In this document: positions 30,793-41,753 of the stretch, in pieces
How the letters are laid out: every line of letters starts with the position of its first letter
Numbering within the stretch: the first letter of the stretch is position 1
DNA from: Candidatus Cloacimonadota bacterium
Lineage (GTDB): Bacteria > Cloacimonadota > Cloacimonadia > JGIOTU-2
Direction of reading: 5' to 3'
Assembly: GCA_049903315.1 (NCBI GenBank)
Contig: JBNGBT010000001.1
Location: 128,001-192,000, forward strand
Length of the DNA: 64,000 bases
Position numbers and translations under genes: made by a program
Notes under the pieces: model-generated
Told to the model about the DNA's origin: nothing
The model's input: the letters and a program-made list of their open reading frames with translations, nothing else
Database searches by the model: none

Positions 30793-30959
30793 ATCCTGCC
30801 CTACTTTCCAGACTATATGCTCCACGCCCCCCACTCAACGCTCTAGGAAAATTGGGGTATTTGACATTTTCCTCCGAAAAAATATCTTTCTCATTATATG
30901 AATCATCTAAAAAACTTGAACAAATTTATACGGCACACGCATGTTCGTTCGGAGGTTTC

Positions 30960-32192
30960 ATGGATTTGAAAAAGTTATTTCTGTTGATTATCATACTTCT
31001 GAGTATTAATATTTTAGTACTCAAGATGAATGATATAACTAAAAAAGATTCATCTCAAAATGAGATGATAAAGGTTTCTCAACCTCAAATAAAAACCTAC
31101 ACGCTGCGTGACACAATTGATTTCGAGGAAAGACAGCAGAAGAATGAGGAAGTAACACTCTCGCGACAAAACGGAATTACCAATGCGATAGAAAAAGTAA
31201 AGCCTGCAGTTGTGAGTGTAAATGTCATTCGTACTGAAGTGGTTCAGACAAGCCCGTTCAATTCATTCTTCTTTGATTTTTACAGAGGATTTTTACCCCG
31301 TACCTATAAGAGAGAAGTGCAGAACCTCGGTTCCGGTGTGATCATCAGCGGGGACGGGTATGCGATTACGAACAGCCATGTGGTGCAGAATGCTTCGGAA
31401 ATAAAAGTGTTCCTCTCGGATGGCAGAAGCTTTGAAGCAGAGCTTATCGGCAGTGACGATGTGAACGATATTGCAGTCATTAAACTCAAAGATACTGAAA
31501 AAGACCTGCCACAGGCATATCTTGGTGATTCGGACGGTATCATCATAGGGGAATGGACAATCGCTCTTGGGAATCCCTTCGGATATCTGATCAAAGATTC
31601 CGAACCGACCGTGACTGTGGGAGTGGTCTCTGCGATGAACAGGAATTTTCACAGCAATGAAGACCGAATCTACAAAAAGATGATCCAGACTGATGCAGCG
31701 ATCAATCCGGGTAACAGTGGTGGGCCGCTAGTGAATATTAACGGGGAAATTATCGGCATCAATACATTTATTTTTTCAAAAAGTGGAGGAAGTCTGGGTA
31801 TAGGATTTGCCATCCCGTCCAATCGTGTAAAAAATATTGTTCAAGAGATCATAAAGTATGGCTGCATCCGACCGATCTGGTTCGGCTTCAAAGTTCAGGA
31901 TATCACACCAGCACTTGCAAACAGTCTCGGTTTGAAATCGACAGACGGTGTTATCATCACCTATATTGATGAGAACGGACCGGCAGAAGAGACAGGTCTT
32001 AAGCGTGGTGATATCATAAGAAGTATCGATTCGCAGAATATAAAAGATGTAAACGATGCGGAGATTGCTGTATCCGATCTCAGGATTGGCGAGGATATTG
32101 AGATCGAGATCATCCGTGACGGTAAAGAAATGATAAAAGAACTCACCCCCCAGGAATATCAGGACAAGACAAGCCCTTCTTCCAAATTGTAG
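30960..32192 (+). CDS. HtrA/DegS-like trypsin serine protease with one PDZ domain
   Basis: GSGVII, TNSHVV, DIAV, QTDAAINPGNSGGPL, GIGFAIP and PDZ. Start ATG 30960 follows GGAGG. Confidence 0.94.
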   Translation: MDLKKLFLLIIILLSINILVLKMNDITKKDSSQNEMIKVSQPQIKTYTLRDTIDFEERQQKNEEVTLSRQNGITNAIEKVKPAVVSVNVIRTEVVQTSPFNSFFFDFYRGFLPRTYKREVQNLGSGVIISGDGYAITNSHVVQNASEIKVFLSDGRSFEAELIGSDDVNDIAVIKLKDTEKDLPQAYLGDSDGIIIGEWTIALGNPFGYLIKDSEPTVTVGVVSAMNRNFHSNEDRIYKKMIQTDAAINPGNSGGPLVNINGEIIGINTFIFSKSGGSLGIGFAIPSNRVKNIVQEIIKYGCIRPIWFGFKVQDITPALANSLGLKSTDGVIITYIDENGPAEETGLKRGDIIRSIDSQNIKDVNDAEIAVSDLRIGEDIEIEIIRDGKEMIKELTPQEYQDKTSPSSKL

Positions 32193-32197
32193 AAAAC

Positions 32198-33769
32198 ATG
32201 ACAAAAAGCAAAGAGAACCTCACACAGGATGTTGGAAAAATTTCCAGCGGCACTTTTCTCAGCAGAGTTTCCGGATTAATCCGGGATATTTTCCTTACAC
32301 ATTTTCTTGGTGCGACGGCAATTGCGGACAGTTTTGGCGTGGCGTTTGTTATTCCAAATATGCTTCGGGGGTTATTTGGAGAAGGTTCTCTCGCTGCAGC
32401 GTTCATACCTACATATACTGAAATAAAAGAAAATCGTTCGAAAGAGGAAGCAATCGCTTTTGCACTGAACCTTTTATCGATATTAGTGCTCATTCTTATT
32501 GGACTGGTTTTACTTGGCTTGTTGCTTGCACCATACATAATACGCATTATGGCTCCGGGTTTCAGTGTGAAAGTGCAAGAATTGACCATCCATCTTACGC
32601 GGATTCTTTTCCCATACCTTTTCCTCATCGGCTTGACATCAAGTATTATTGCTATCCTGAACGCGCATAAAATATTTTTCTTCCCATCACTTTCTCCGCT
32701 CATGCTGAATCTCGGTATAATTTTGCCGATACTTTTTGTGTCATTTTTTACTAAAACTGATATCGTATATCGTGCTTATCTTTTTTCAGCTGGTGTGATC
32801 CTCGGAGGAATATTTCAGCTTTTTGTAAATATCCGACTTCTTAAAACCATCGGGTATACGCTTAAGTTCAAGATCAATTTTAAGCAGAAGGAACTTAAGG
32901 GAGTGTGGAACAGGATGATACCGGGAATACTTAGTCTGGGAATAAGAGAAGTGAATGTTGTAGTGGACACCTTGCTTGCTTCTCTGCTTATTACCGGAAG
33001 TGTGGCAGCACTGCAATATGGTAACCGACTGATGCAGCTTCCTCTCGGGGTATTTGGTGTCGCGATCGGGGCTGCGGTTCTGCCTATGTTCTCACGTCAA
33101 ACTGCCCACAAAAAGCCGGACGAACTTATTCATTCCATACAGGAAGCATTCCAGATGATCATGATCATCATGATGCCGATCATTGCACTTATTTTGGTAG
33201 TCGGTAAAGATGCGATCGCACTTGTCTTTTTGCATGGTGCTTTTGACCAAACAGCACTCATAATGACCTATTCTGCTCTTGCTTTTTATTCAATCGGCTT
33301 GATCTCTCACAGTTCAGTGAAAATATTTGCTTCTGCATTCTTCGCGCTCAAGAACACCAAAACACCGATGATCATTGCAGGAATCGCAGTGATCTGTAAT
33401 ATAATCCTCAATCTTATTTTGATGCGGTTGCTTCAGTTAAGAGGACTTGCACTTGCAACATCCATTGCTGCAACTCTTCAGGCAACGATTCTCTTTTTCA
33501 CACTTCAGGTGAAGATAGGGCGTATCTCATTTAGAAAAATTGGAATTACTTTTATAAAAGTTGTAGTATTATCAGTGGTTGTTGGACTGGCTGCATATTA
33601 TTTGAATATCCTATCACATCACTATTTGCCGGCGGAGAGAATTATTATTTTCGTTAAATTACTCTTAATATTTATTGTGAGTGCAATACTCTATTTGTTT
33701 GGATTGAAACTGCTTAACGTGACTGATCTGATAAAAATCAAACAATCCATTTTCAGAAAAAATAAATGA
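32198..33769 (+). CDS. murJ: Lipid II flippase MurJ
   Basis: SRVSGLIRD, PNMLRGLFGEGSL..AFIP, RLMQLPLGVFG, and many TM helices. Confidence 0.96.
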   Translation: MTKSKENLTQDVGKISSGTFLSRVSGLIRDIFLTHFLGATAIADSFGVAFVIPNMLRGLFGEGSLAAAFIPTYTEIKENRSKEEAIAFALNLLSILVLILIGLVLLGLLLAPYIIRIMAPGFSVKVQELTIHLTRILFPYLFLIGLTSSIIAILNAHKIFFFPSLSPLMLNLGIILPILFVSFFTKTDIVYRAYLFSAGVILGGIFQLFVNIRLLKTIGYTLKFKINFKQKELKGVWNRMIPGILSLGIREVNVVVDTLLASLLITGSVAALQYGNRLMQLPLGVFGVAIGAAVLPMFSRQTAHKKPDELIHSIQEAFQMIMIIMMPIIALILVVGKDAIALVFLHGAFDQTALIMTYSALAFYSIGLISHSSVKIFASAFFALKNTKTPMIIAGIAVICNIILNLILMRLLQLRGLALATSIAATLQATILFFTLQVKIGRISFRKIGITFIKVVVLSVVVGLAAYYLNILSHHYLPAERIIIFVKLLLIFIVSAILYLFGLKLLNVTDLIKIKQSIFRKNK

Positions 33770-35583
33770 AACCTGCTGTTCAGGAAAAGCTCAAACTGAT
33801 CCCTTATAATCCGGGTGTGTACCTGATGAAAAACAGTAAAGGCACGATCATTTATGTAGGAAAAGCAAAAAACTTGAAAAAGCGCGTTTCATCCTATTTT
33901 AACAGAAACAATTTTGATCATCCCCGCACTGAAGTGCTTGTGAGTAGAATCGCAAACATTGATTATATCGTAACCCGCAGTGAGCTCGACGCACTTATTT
34001 TGGAAGATACACTCATCAAGAAACATCGTCCAAAGTTTAATGTATCCTTAAAGGACGACAAACGCTATCCTTACCTGAAAATCACGATGAAAGATGCATT
34101 TCCGCGAGTGGTTGTGACACGAAGCATAGAAAGGGATGGCGCAAAGTATTTCGGTCCCTACACAGAAGCCCATTCAATTCGGAACACGCTGAATCTTCTT
34201 GAGAAAATATTCAAGTTAAGAACATGCAATAAATATATTCCCAAAAAAGCATACAAGAAAATTTCTGATGATCGGGCTTGCCTGAACTTCCAGATAAACA
34301 AATGTGATGCCCCCTGTATCGGCAATATTTCATATGATGAGTATCGTGAAAGGATCAACCAGGTAGTTCTGTTCCTGAAGGGAAAAACTGATGATATTAT
34401 TTCTCAACTTAGATCACAAATGGAAAAAGCTGCGATAAACCAGCAGTATGAAAAGGCATCTCAGTACCGTGACCAGATACTGGAGATTTCACATGTAACC
34501 AAAAAGCAAATCATGAGTAACCAATCTTTGTCTGATGCTGATGTAATCGGTATTGCCCGATATGAATCGGAGTGCTGCAGTGTGATACTGAAAATCCGAG
34601 ACGGCAAATTGATAAAAAAGGAACACTATTTCCTAGAAAATACAGAGCAGGAAAAACTGGCTCTCATTCTCTCGCGGTTTATTACTCACTATTATAACTA
34701 CCGGGAAGATATACCTCCAATAATGATGATCCAGCAGGAACCTGAGGATAATCAGTTGCTCGAGGAGTTATTAAAAACGAAGATTCATATTCCGCAACGA
34801 GGAGATAAGAAGAAGCTTCTGGACATGGCAATACATAATGCATTTTTACTTGTCGAAGAAAAGAAACTCGCACATATCAAATCATCTCAGCGTACAGTTT
34901 TTGCAGTTAAGGAGTTAAAAGAAAGACTCCATCTTGGACGACTCCCAAGAAAGATCGCTGCGTTCGATGTGTCCAACCTTTTTGGTAAAGAAGCAGTAGC
35001 TTCTATGGTATTTTTTGATAATGGCAAACCAAAAAAAAGCCAATATCGCAGATTTAAGATCAAGCTGGTGCCCGGCATTGATGATTACAAAATGATGAAT
35101 GAAGCAGTGTCGCGCTATCTTACTCATCTCGATGACGAGAATGTTGATAAACCGGATATTATTCTCATCGATGGGGGGAAGGGACAGCTTTCCGCGGCAG
35201 AGAAAGCACTGGAAAATACAACACATTCGATCTCACTTTTTTCTCTTGCAAAGCGCTTAGAAGAAATTTTTAAACCAGGAAAAAAAGAACCAATAATAAT
35301 TCCCAAAATCTCTTATGCGCTCAAACTCCTTCAGCAAATACGGGATGAAGCTCATCGATTTGCTATTACATATCATAAAAATTTGCGAGATAAAAAAACA
35401 CATTATTCTGAATTAGACGGGATTAACGGTATCGGTGAAAAGAGAAAAATGCTTCTTCTCTCGTATTTTGGCTCTGTTCAAAAAATACGCGATGCAACGA
35501 TAGGGGATTTATCTTCAGTGCCTGGGATAAGCGATAAGATTGCCCAAAAAATTCTAACTTCTCTTCATGCAAGCTCATCTTAA
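33766..35583 (+). CDS. uvrC: Excinuclease ABC subunit C
   Basis: GIY-YIG-type PGVYLM...IIYVGKAKNL, LKDDKRYP, FDVSN, DGGKGQ, RDEAHRFA and HhH. Confidence 0.98.
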   Translation: MKPAVQEKLKLIPYNPGVYLMKNSKGTIIYVGKAKNLKKRVSSYFNRNNFDHPRTEVLVSRIANIDYIVTRSELDALILEDTLIKKHRPKFNVSLKDDKRYPYLKITMKDAFPRVVVTRSIERDGAKYFGPYTEAHSIRNTLNLLEKIFKLRTCNKYIPKKAYKKISDDRACLNFQINKCDAPCIGNISYDEYRERINQVVLFLKGKTDDIISQLRSQMEKAAINQQYEKASQYRDQILEISHVTKKQIMSNQSLSDADVIGIARYESECCSVILKIRDGKLIKKEHYFLENTEQEKLALILSRFITHYYNYREDIPPIMMIQQEPEDNQLLEELLKTKIHIPQRGDKKKLLDMAIHNAFLLVEEKKLAHIKSSQRTVFAVKELKERLHLGRLPRKIAAFDVSNLFGKEAVASMVFFDNGKPKKSQYRRFKIKLVPGIDDYKMMNEAVSRYLTHLDDENVDKPDIILIDGGKGQLSAAEKALENTTHSISLFSLAKRLEEIFKPGKKEPIIIPKISYALKLLQQIRDEAHRFAITYHKNLRDKKTHYSELDGINGIGEKRKMLLLSYFGSVQKIRDATIGDLSSVPGISDKIAQKILTSLHASSS

Positions 35584-35595
35584 AATCTTTTGCAC

Positions 35596-35625
35596 AAAAA
35601 AAGAGGTGATTTGAAAATCACCTCT
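35596..35625 (-). terminator. Intrinsic terminator between convergent genes
   Basis: AGAGGTGATTT-GA-AAATCACCTCT stem with an A-run on the left (a U-run on the minus strand). Confidence 0.75.
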
Positions 35626-35650
35626 AAGAAATATGTGAGATATAGAATCT

Positions 35651-35986
35651 CTAATGTTCAAGAGATCGGCTTTTTATATCATTAAAATTTCTGTCTTCAA
35701 ATTTTACATTAACCCCATCGAATTGCCGCTTGATATCCTCAATTTCTACAGCCGGATTTGTGCTATAAATCAGTTTTATATGATTATACCGGTTACAGAT
35801 CGTGATGATGTTTTGAGAGGGATTCTTTTCCATGATGATATAAATGTGGTGAAGATCGTTACGTTCTTCAAGATAATGTTCGAGTTTGATAATATCATCA
35901 CCCTGAATGTCTTGTGCATAGATAAATGAAATTACTTTTTTGTGGCTTTTTGGGGAAACTTTGCTGCGTGTAAATTTACCTTTCAT
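35651..35986 (-). CDS. Hypothetical protein
   Basis: 111-aa ORF with GGAGG RBS, downstream of a receiver gene. Confidence 0.7.
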   Translation of the reverse strand: MKGKFTRSKVSPKSHKKVISFIYAQDIQGDDIIKLEHYLEERNDLHHIYIIMEKNPSQNIITICNRYNHIKLIYSTNPAVEIEDIKRQFDGVNVKFEDRNFNDIKSRSLEH

Positions 35987-36042
35987 GACACCTCCGAATT
36001 TTGGTAAAAAATAGTATTCTCAACAGAATTTTCAAATAGCTC

Positions 36043-36414
36043 CTATGTTTTTTTTGCTATTGCCTTTTTGATCATATGAATAAGGTCATCTACCTCAAAC
36101 GGCTTAAATATTATATCGTGCAAGCCATCCTTCTTGGCTTTGACCAGTACATGATTCGGATCATATCCAAATCCCGTCATCATAACTATTGGTATCGTAT
36201 CGTCAAAATTGCGTATCTGTGAATAGAGCTCATACCCATCCATATCCGGCATTGCAATATCGCTGAGTACAAGATCGACATGCTGTTCACGGATGGTTTG
36301 CAGTGCATCAAAGCCATTATTTACAGTGATCACATTGTAGTTTCTTTTCGGGAGCACATAAGAAAGAAAATCTAAAGTATCCTGCTCGTCATCAACGATG
36401 AGTATGGTTTTCAT
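36043..36414 (-). CDS. Single-domain response regulator (receiver)
   Basis: [21 protein letters not shown] and KPF. Confidence 0.93.
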   Translation of the reverse strand: MKTILIVDDEQDTLDFLSYVLPKRNYNVITVNNGFDALQTIREQHVDLVLSDIAMPDMDGYELYSQIRNFDDTIPIVMMTGFGYDPNHVLVKAKKDGLHDIIFKPFEVDDLIHMIKKAIAKKT

Positions 36415-37301
36415 AAAGATGTTTTTCCTGTGATCCTTGTGTATGCCTGCATGTATTTTTCGCGTGTTTTTTCTATGATGTTTTCTGGAAGATGAAGAAT
36501 TTTGTCATCTGCTGCAATCTGTTTTTTATGTTGAATTCCCTTTGATAGAAGATAATCACGCACAAATTGCTTATCGAAACTTTTCTGAGATTTGCCCGGT
36601 TCATACTCATCTTTATCCCAGAAACGTGATGAGTCCGGTGTGAAAATTTCATCAATAAGAATGATCTTATTGTTATAGAGTCCGAACTCAAACTTTGTAT
36701 CAGCGAGGATGATATTTTTTTTCATGAGAATATCATGTGCAAATGAGTATAATTGAAGGCATGTTTCCCTGATCTTTTCGGCAAGGACTGGATCAACCAG
36801 ATGTGTCATTTCCTCAAAGCTTATATTTTCGTCATGTCCCTTTTCTGCTTTCGTGGAAGGAGTGAAAAGTGGTTTGGGGAGTTTTTCTGATTCAATAATA
36901 CCTTCCGGCAATTTTATGCCGCAGACCTTTCCCGTCTTTTGATATTCCTTCCAGCCACTGCCAGCAAGGTAACCCCGAACAATGCATTCAATAGAAAATT
37001 TCTCTGCTTTTTTGACCAGCATTGAGCGCTTTTCTACTTCATCCGAAACGTCCCGGATACCTTTGGGAAAGTCTTTTACATCAGTAGAAATAATATGATT
37101 CGGGATGATAGAAGCAGTCTGTTCAAACCAGTATGAAGAGAGTTGCGTAAGAATTATGCCTTTATCAGGAATTTTATCGGGAAGAATATAATCAAAAGCA
37201 GAAATCCTATCTGTTGCAATAATGAGAAGCTCGTTACCCAGATCGAAAATATCCCGTACCTTTCCCCGCTTGAGAGGAAACCTGTCTCTAAGTCGTACCA
37301 T
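36411..37301 (-). CDS. purC: Phosphoribosylaminoimidazole-succinocarboxamide synthase
   Basis: [52 protein letters not shown] and DKQFVRD. Confidence 0.98.
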   Translation of the reverse strand: MVRLRDRFPLKRGKVRDIFDLGNELLIIATDRISAFDYILPDKIPDKGIILTQLSSYWFEQTASIIPNHIISTDVKDFPKGIRDVSDEVEKRSMLVKKAEKFSIECIVRGYLAGSGWKEYQKTGKVCGIKLPEGIIESEKLPKPLFTPSTKAEKGHDENISFEEMTHLVDPVLAEKIRETCLQLYSFAHDILMKKNIILADTKFEFGLYNNKIILIDEIFTPDSSRFWDKDEYEPGKSQKSFDKQFVRDYLLSKGIQHKKQIAADDKILHLPENIIEKTREKYMQAYTRITGKTSL

Positions 37302-37310
37302 TATTAGCGA

Positions 37311-37736
37311 TCATTCCCCTTGTTTTTCTTTTTCTATATGATATGAATGAGTGATTTCTGAAGATTTCTCAAGCATTGCAGTTACTCCGCAATAGCGCTC
37401 CTGCGAAAGCTTGATGGCTTTTTCAACTTTGGCTTCGTCGATGTCATCTCCAATAATTGTGTACACTATATGGATTTTTGAGAAAATTTTTGGATGCTCT
37501 GTTGTGGTTTCTGCTTCAGCAGAAACGGTGAAATTTTTAAAGGGCACTCTCATTTTCCTAAGAAGAGATACCACATCCATGCCTGTGCAGCTAATCAAGC
37601 CCATGAGAACCAGTTCTTTTGGTCTGGAACCCTGATCGTAGCTCATGTCTTTGCCAGCATCGAGTATTATTGCATGATTGGAATCTGCGACTGCGCTGAA
37701 TTGTAGCTTATCGATTAATGTCACTTTTGCTTTCAT
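37311..37736 (-). CDS. OsmC/YhfA-family protein
   Basis: RPKELVL.GL.SCTGMDV and SQERYCGV (two Cys). Start at ATG 37736. Confidence 0.9.
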   Translation of the reverse strand: MKAKVTLIDKLQFSAVADSNHAIILDAGKDMSYDQGSRPKELVLMGLISCTGMDVVSLLRKMRVPFKNFTVSAEAETTTEHPKIFSKIHIVYTIIGDDIDEAKVEKAIKLSQERYCGVTAMLEKSSEITHSYHIEKEKQGE

Positions 37737-37846
37737 ATTACACAAGAAGCATAAAATGAATGGAAAATTTGTCAAATTTATTTTGTTTATTTTTAAAAAA
37801 ATAGATAAATTGACAGAAAGGGTTGCTATACCTACAAAATCTTATC

Positions 37847-38989
37847 ATGAAAAAAATTATAATCATATTGCTCATATTCACCATTCCTGTGATATGCGAG
37901 GCAGTTATGAACTTTGAAGAATTTCTTGATGTACTGAATTCATCTCCAATTCCTATGAAATATAAATTCATTGATGATTTTATAAGTTCGGTTCATTCAT
38001 TTCCAATCATAGAACAAGATACTCTTGTACATTTCATAACCCGGCTGAAAGCGCGTTCCGTTTTTCTTGCAGGTGATTTTAATAATTGGAAACCGGATAT
38101 TGAGTGTAAAAATGTACCTTATACTGATCTGTGGTATTACACAACCCCGTTTGAACCTGATGCACGGTTGGATTACAAATTTGTGATCAATGGAGATACC
38201 TGGATACTTGATCTGCTCAATCCACAAAAAATTCCTGGTGGGTTTGGAGATAATTCCGAGCTCCTGATGCCGGATTATAAGGTCGTTCATGAGATTAAAT
38301 ATTATGATGATATTGCTCATGGCACATTGAAGGATACGGCTCTTTATTGCGAATATCTCAAGCAAGACCGAGAAGTAGTTTTGTATTTGCCATATAACTA
38401 TTCCGAGTATGAAAAGCTGCCCTTCATATTATTTCAGGATGGGGGAGATTATCTGAATTTTGCCATGACAAAAAATATACTGGATTACTTGATATATCAT
38501 GAAATGATCGAGCCAGTAGTCGGAGTGTTCATATCTCCCGTAGAAAGGAATGAAGAGTATGCAGGTGATTTAAAGATCGAGTATGGAAACTTCATCGCTC
38601 ATATTGTATTTCCCTTCCTCTATAGTAGTTATCACATTTCTAGTGACCCCGAAGATCATGCAGTAATAGGTGCATCAAATGGAGGGAATATTTCATTGTG
38701 GCTTGGATTTCATTATCCTGAGCGTTTCCGAAAGATCGGAGCTCAGTCATCGTATGTGGAAGAGAGATTACAGAGAGAATTCCAAAATGCCGAGAAATTA
38801 CCCCTCACTATCTCTATTGATATGGGCAAATACGACATTCCGATACTGGAGGAGCTTATTGCTCAGTTTATCCCCATACTTTCAGAAAAAGGATATTCCT
38901 ACACGTACAAAGAATTCCCGGAAGGGCATAGTTGGGGAAACTGGCGCGGTCACGTGGGTGATATTTTGATAGAGTTTTTTGGCAGATAG
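37847..38989 (+). CDS. Secreted Fes/enterochelin-esterase-like alpha/beta hydrolase with N-terminal CBM48-like domain
   Basis: Signal peptide, VFLAGDFNNW...YKFVING...LDLLNP, YLPYNY, QDG, nucleophile GASNGG and GHSWGNW. Confidence 0.88.
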   Translation: MKKIIIILLIFTIPVICEAVMNFEEFLDVLNSSPIPMKYKFIDDFISSVHSFPIIEQDTLVHFITRLKARSVFLAGDFNNWKPDIECKNVPYTDLWYYTTPFEPDARLDYKFVINGDTWILDLLNPQKIPGGFGDNSELLMPDYKVVHEIKYYDDIAHGTLKDTALYCEYLKQDREVVLYLPYNYSEYEKLPFILFQDGGDYLNFAMTKNILDYLIYHEMIEPVVGVFISPVERNEEYAGDLKIEYGNFIAHIVFPFLYSSYHISSDPEDHAVIGASNGGNISLWLGFHYPERFRKIGAQSSYVEERLQREFQNAEKLPLTISIDMGKYDIPILEELIAQFIPILSEKGYSYTYKEFPEGHSWGNWRGHVGDILIEFFGR

Positions 38990-38993
38990 CTTT

Positions 38994-39464
38994 CTAAAAA
39001 AACTGAGGGAAGAATATCAGGAGTAGCTGAATTATTATATTTGAGTATAAACCTGCTGCAATGTCATCAGCAAGAACACCCCATCCGTGCGGGAGGTTTT
39101 GAAGTTGGTTGATGGGGGTCGGTTTTACAATATCAAACACGCGGAAAAGAACAAGTGCATAGATGAATACCATCAAGGTGTGAGGGAGGAACATCACTGC
39201 GAAGAAAAAACCGATAACTTCATCAATCGTGATCTTTCTGCTGTCATGCCCCATATCCTTCTCGGCACTTTTTATTATGGGTATGAAAATCAGACTCACT
39301 ATAAGAACTATTCCGATCAGCAATAAACCGCCAAATGCACTGAGTGGGGGAATAAGATAGAAATACAAGAAAGCAGTAATAATCGAAGTAATAGTGCCAG
39401 ATAAAACAGGGAAATATCCGACAAAACCAAATGAAACCAGGAGATTTCTAAAGAATTTCAGCAT
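38994..39464 (-). CDS. pgpA: Phosphatidylglycerophosphatase A
   Basis: SGTITS, DSRKITIDEVIG, FRVFDIVKP and GWGVLADDIAAG. Confidence 0.94.
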   Translation of the reverse strand: MLKFFRNLLVSFGFVGYFPVLSGTITSIITAFLYFYLIPPLSAFGGLLLIGIVLIVSLIFIPIIKSAEKDMGHDSRKITIDEVIGFFFAVMFLPHTLMVFIYALVLFRVFDIVKPTPINQLQNLPHGWGVLADDIAAGLYSNIIIQLLLIFFPQFF

Positions 39465-39472
39465 ACTCAAAC

Positions 39473-40738
39473 TCAATAGAGTGAGTCCGTCTCGATCCTT
39501 TCAATATCAGCACCGAGCAAGGCAAGTTTGTTTTCAAGATGCTCATACCCGCGGTCAAGATGATACACTCGCGATATTCTTGTTTCTCCTTCTGATGCAA
39601 GCGCAGCAGTCACAAGTGCAGCAGCAGCACGAATATCAGGAGCCATGACCGGTGCGCCGGAGAGCTTGTTCCCCCCATTTATGCTGATCCTGCTTCCGGA
39701 TAATTTTATATCTGCTCCCAAACGTTGGAGTTCGCTGATGTACATAAATCTATCTGAGAAAATATTCTCATTTATAATACTTTTTCCTTCGATGGTTGAT
39801 AATAGTGCAGCAAAAAGCGGCTGAAGATCCGTAGGAAATGCCGGGTATGGATTGGTCGAGATCTCAATTGGTTTTCTCTTGTCTTTATTATATATCGTTA
39901 TTGCACGCCCGTCTATTTCTATAGTATATCCGATATCACGGAGTTTGTTCAGCACAATGCCCGAATGTTCCGGCATGCAGTTCGTTACAGTAATTTTTCC
40001 ATTCGTGATTGCACCAGCAACCAGGAGTGTCCCCACCTCAATCCTGTCCGGAATAAGGGAATAGTCAACTGGATTAAGCTCCTTCACTCCATTCACGGTA
40101 ATACTTTCTGTGCCGTGCCCTTCTACATGAGCTCCCATTTTATTTAAGAAGTCTCCAAGACTGCTGATCTCAGGCTCGCATGCAGCATTTTGTATGACAG
40201 TCGTGCCTTCCGCAAGAACTGCAGCCATCAGAACATTTGCAGTTGCGCCGACTGTTTTGTTTTCAAAATATATTTGTGCACCCTGCAAGCCCTTGGTTCT
40301 GGCATAGATATAACCGTGTTTTATCTGTATGGTCACATTGAGTTTATGAAGTGCTTCCAGGTGATAATCAATAGGACGTGCTCCGAGAGCGCATCCACCG
40401 GGGAAGGATACCTTTGCCTCTCCACAGCGAGCAAGGAGGGGACCAAGTGCATAGATCGAGGCGCGCATTGTTTTCACAAGCTCATAAGGGGCTTCGTGAT
40501 TTTTTTCTTTTTTTGTGATGATCCTCAGCTCGTGGTCAGTAAATTCTGCTTCGGTACTGATCGTTCTGAGCAGCTTGATCATCGTTCGAATGTCTGAGAG
40601 ATTTGGAATATTTTTTATATGATACTCGCCATCAGCGAGGAGGGTTGCAGCCAGAATGGGCAGTCCGGCATTTTTGGAACCGTTCGCAGCAATTGTTCCT
40701 GAAAGTTTGCGTCCGCCGCGTACTAAAATTTCATCCAT
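39473..40738 (-). CDS. murA: UDP-N-acetylglucosamine 1-carboxyvinyltransferase
   Basis: GSKNA, MRAS, PGGCALGARP, PDRIE, FPTDLQ, DIRA and LDRGY. Confidence 0.98.
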   Translation of the reverse strand: MDEILVRGGRKLSGTIAANGSKNAGLPILAATLLADGEYHIKNIPNLSDIRTMIKLLRTISTEAEFTDHELRIITKKEKNHEAPYELVKTMRASIYALGPLLARCGEAKVSFPGGCALGARPIDYHLEALHKLNVTIQIKHGYIYARTKGLQGAQIYFENKTVGATANVLMAAVLAEGTTVIQNAACEPEISSLGDFLNKMGAHVEGHGTESITVNGVKELNPVDYSLIPDRIEVGTLLVAGAITNGKITVTNCMPEHSGIVLNKLRDIGYTIEIDGRAITIYNKDKRKPIEISTNPYPAFPTDLQPLFAALLSTIEGKSIINENIFSDRFMYISELQRLGADIKLSGSRISINGGNKLSGAPVMAPDIRAAAALVTAALASEGETRISRVYHLDRGYEHLENKLALLGADIERIETDSLY

Positions 40739-40758
40739 GTATAACCAACTTCTAAAAA

Positions 40759-41637
40759 TTATTTTTTAAGTATGACAACTCGGTCGAAATCATTGTAGTC
40801 TTTTTTCGTGTCAATGATTTTGTAATTACATTCCTCTGCAAGCAAAGACAAACCATCTTTTTGATATGCTCCAATTTCAAAGAAGATCCGACCATCCTCT
40901 TTGAGAAAATTTTCTGCATTCAGTAAGATTTTATGATAGAATTCCATTCCGTCTTCTTTTGCAAAGAGTGCACCTTTTGGCTCATGATCTCGGACTTCTT
41001 CTGGTAAATCTTTGAACTCCTCTTCGCTGATATATGGTGGATTGGAGATTATGCAGTCGTAAGTACCCGTTACTTTATCAAAGATATCAGATCGCACTAA
41101 TGAGATATTCTGTATTTTTAGATGATCTATATTTTTTTTTGCGAGTTGTAATGCTCTTTCAGAAATATCCGTTGCAACGATGTGAATGTCTTTTTCCGAC
41201 TCTTTGAATGAATTGCTGATTGAGATTGGAATATTACCTGTACCTGTACCAATATCAAGAAGTGACCATGATTTTTGATTGGATTGTTTTATATGTGAAA
41301 TAACTGCATCGACCAGGATTTCGGTTTCAGGACGTGGAATGAGCACTCCTTCTTCGACGAAGAAAGGAATTCCATAAAATTCTGTAGAACCAAGAAGATA
41401 TTGAACCGGATAATGTGAAGCTCTTTTTTTGATAAGTTTTTTTATGTGTGATAGATCTTTTTCTGAAAGTGGTCTATCATATTTCATATATAAGTCAAGG
41501 CGTGAACATTCAAGAACATGAGCAATGAGCAGTTCTGCATTCAAGTGTGGAGAAGGTATTTCCTTTTCTGAAAAATAGTCCGATGTCCAGAAGAGTACGT
41601 CCTTCACTGTCCATATTTTACTGTCTTGCGATGCCAT
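40759..41637 (-). CDS. prmC: Release factor glutamine methyltransferase PrmC/HemK
   Basis: VLIPRPETE, DIGTGTG, SNPPY and EIG. Confidence 0.97.
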   Translation of the reverse strand: MASQDSKIWTVKDVLFWTSDYFSEKEIPSPHLNAELLIAHVLECSRLDLYMKYDRPLSEKDLSHIKKLIKKRASHYPVQYLLGSTEFYGIPFFVEEGVLIPRPETEILVDAVISHIKQSNQKSWSLLDIGTGTGNIPISISNSFKESEKDIHIVATDISERALQLAKKNIDHLKIQNISLVRSDIFDKVTGTYDCIISNPPYISEEEFKDLPEEVRDHEPKGALFAKEDGMEFYHKILLNAENFLKEDGRIFFEIGAYQKDGLSLLAEECNYKIIDTKKDYNDFDRVVILKK

Positions 41638-41753
41638 AGTATGAGTAACGAAACACAGGGTGAATTGTTGTCAAATTTATATGAGATTGATTAAGTTTTG
41701 ATGAATTATTTTACCGTTCAAATTGAACTTTGTGTCGAGAGAATGATGTGAAT

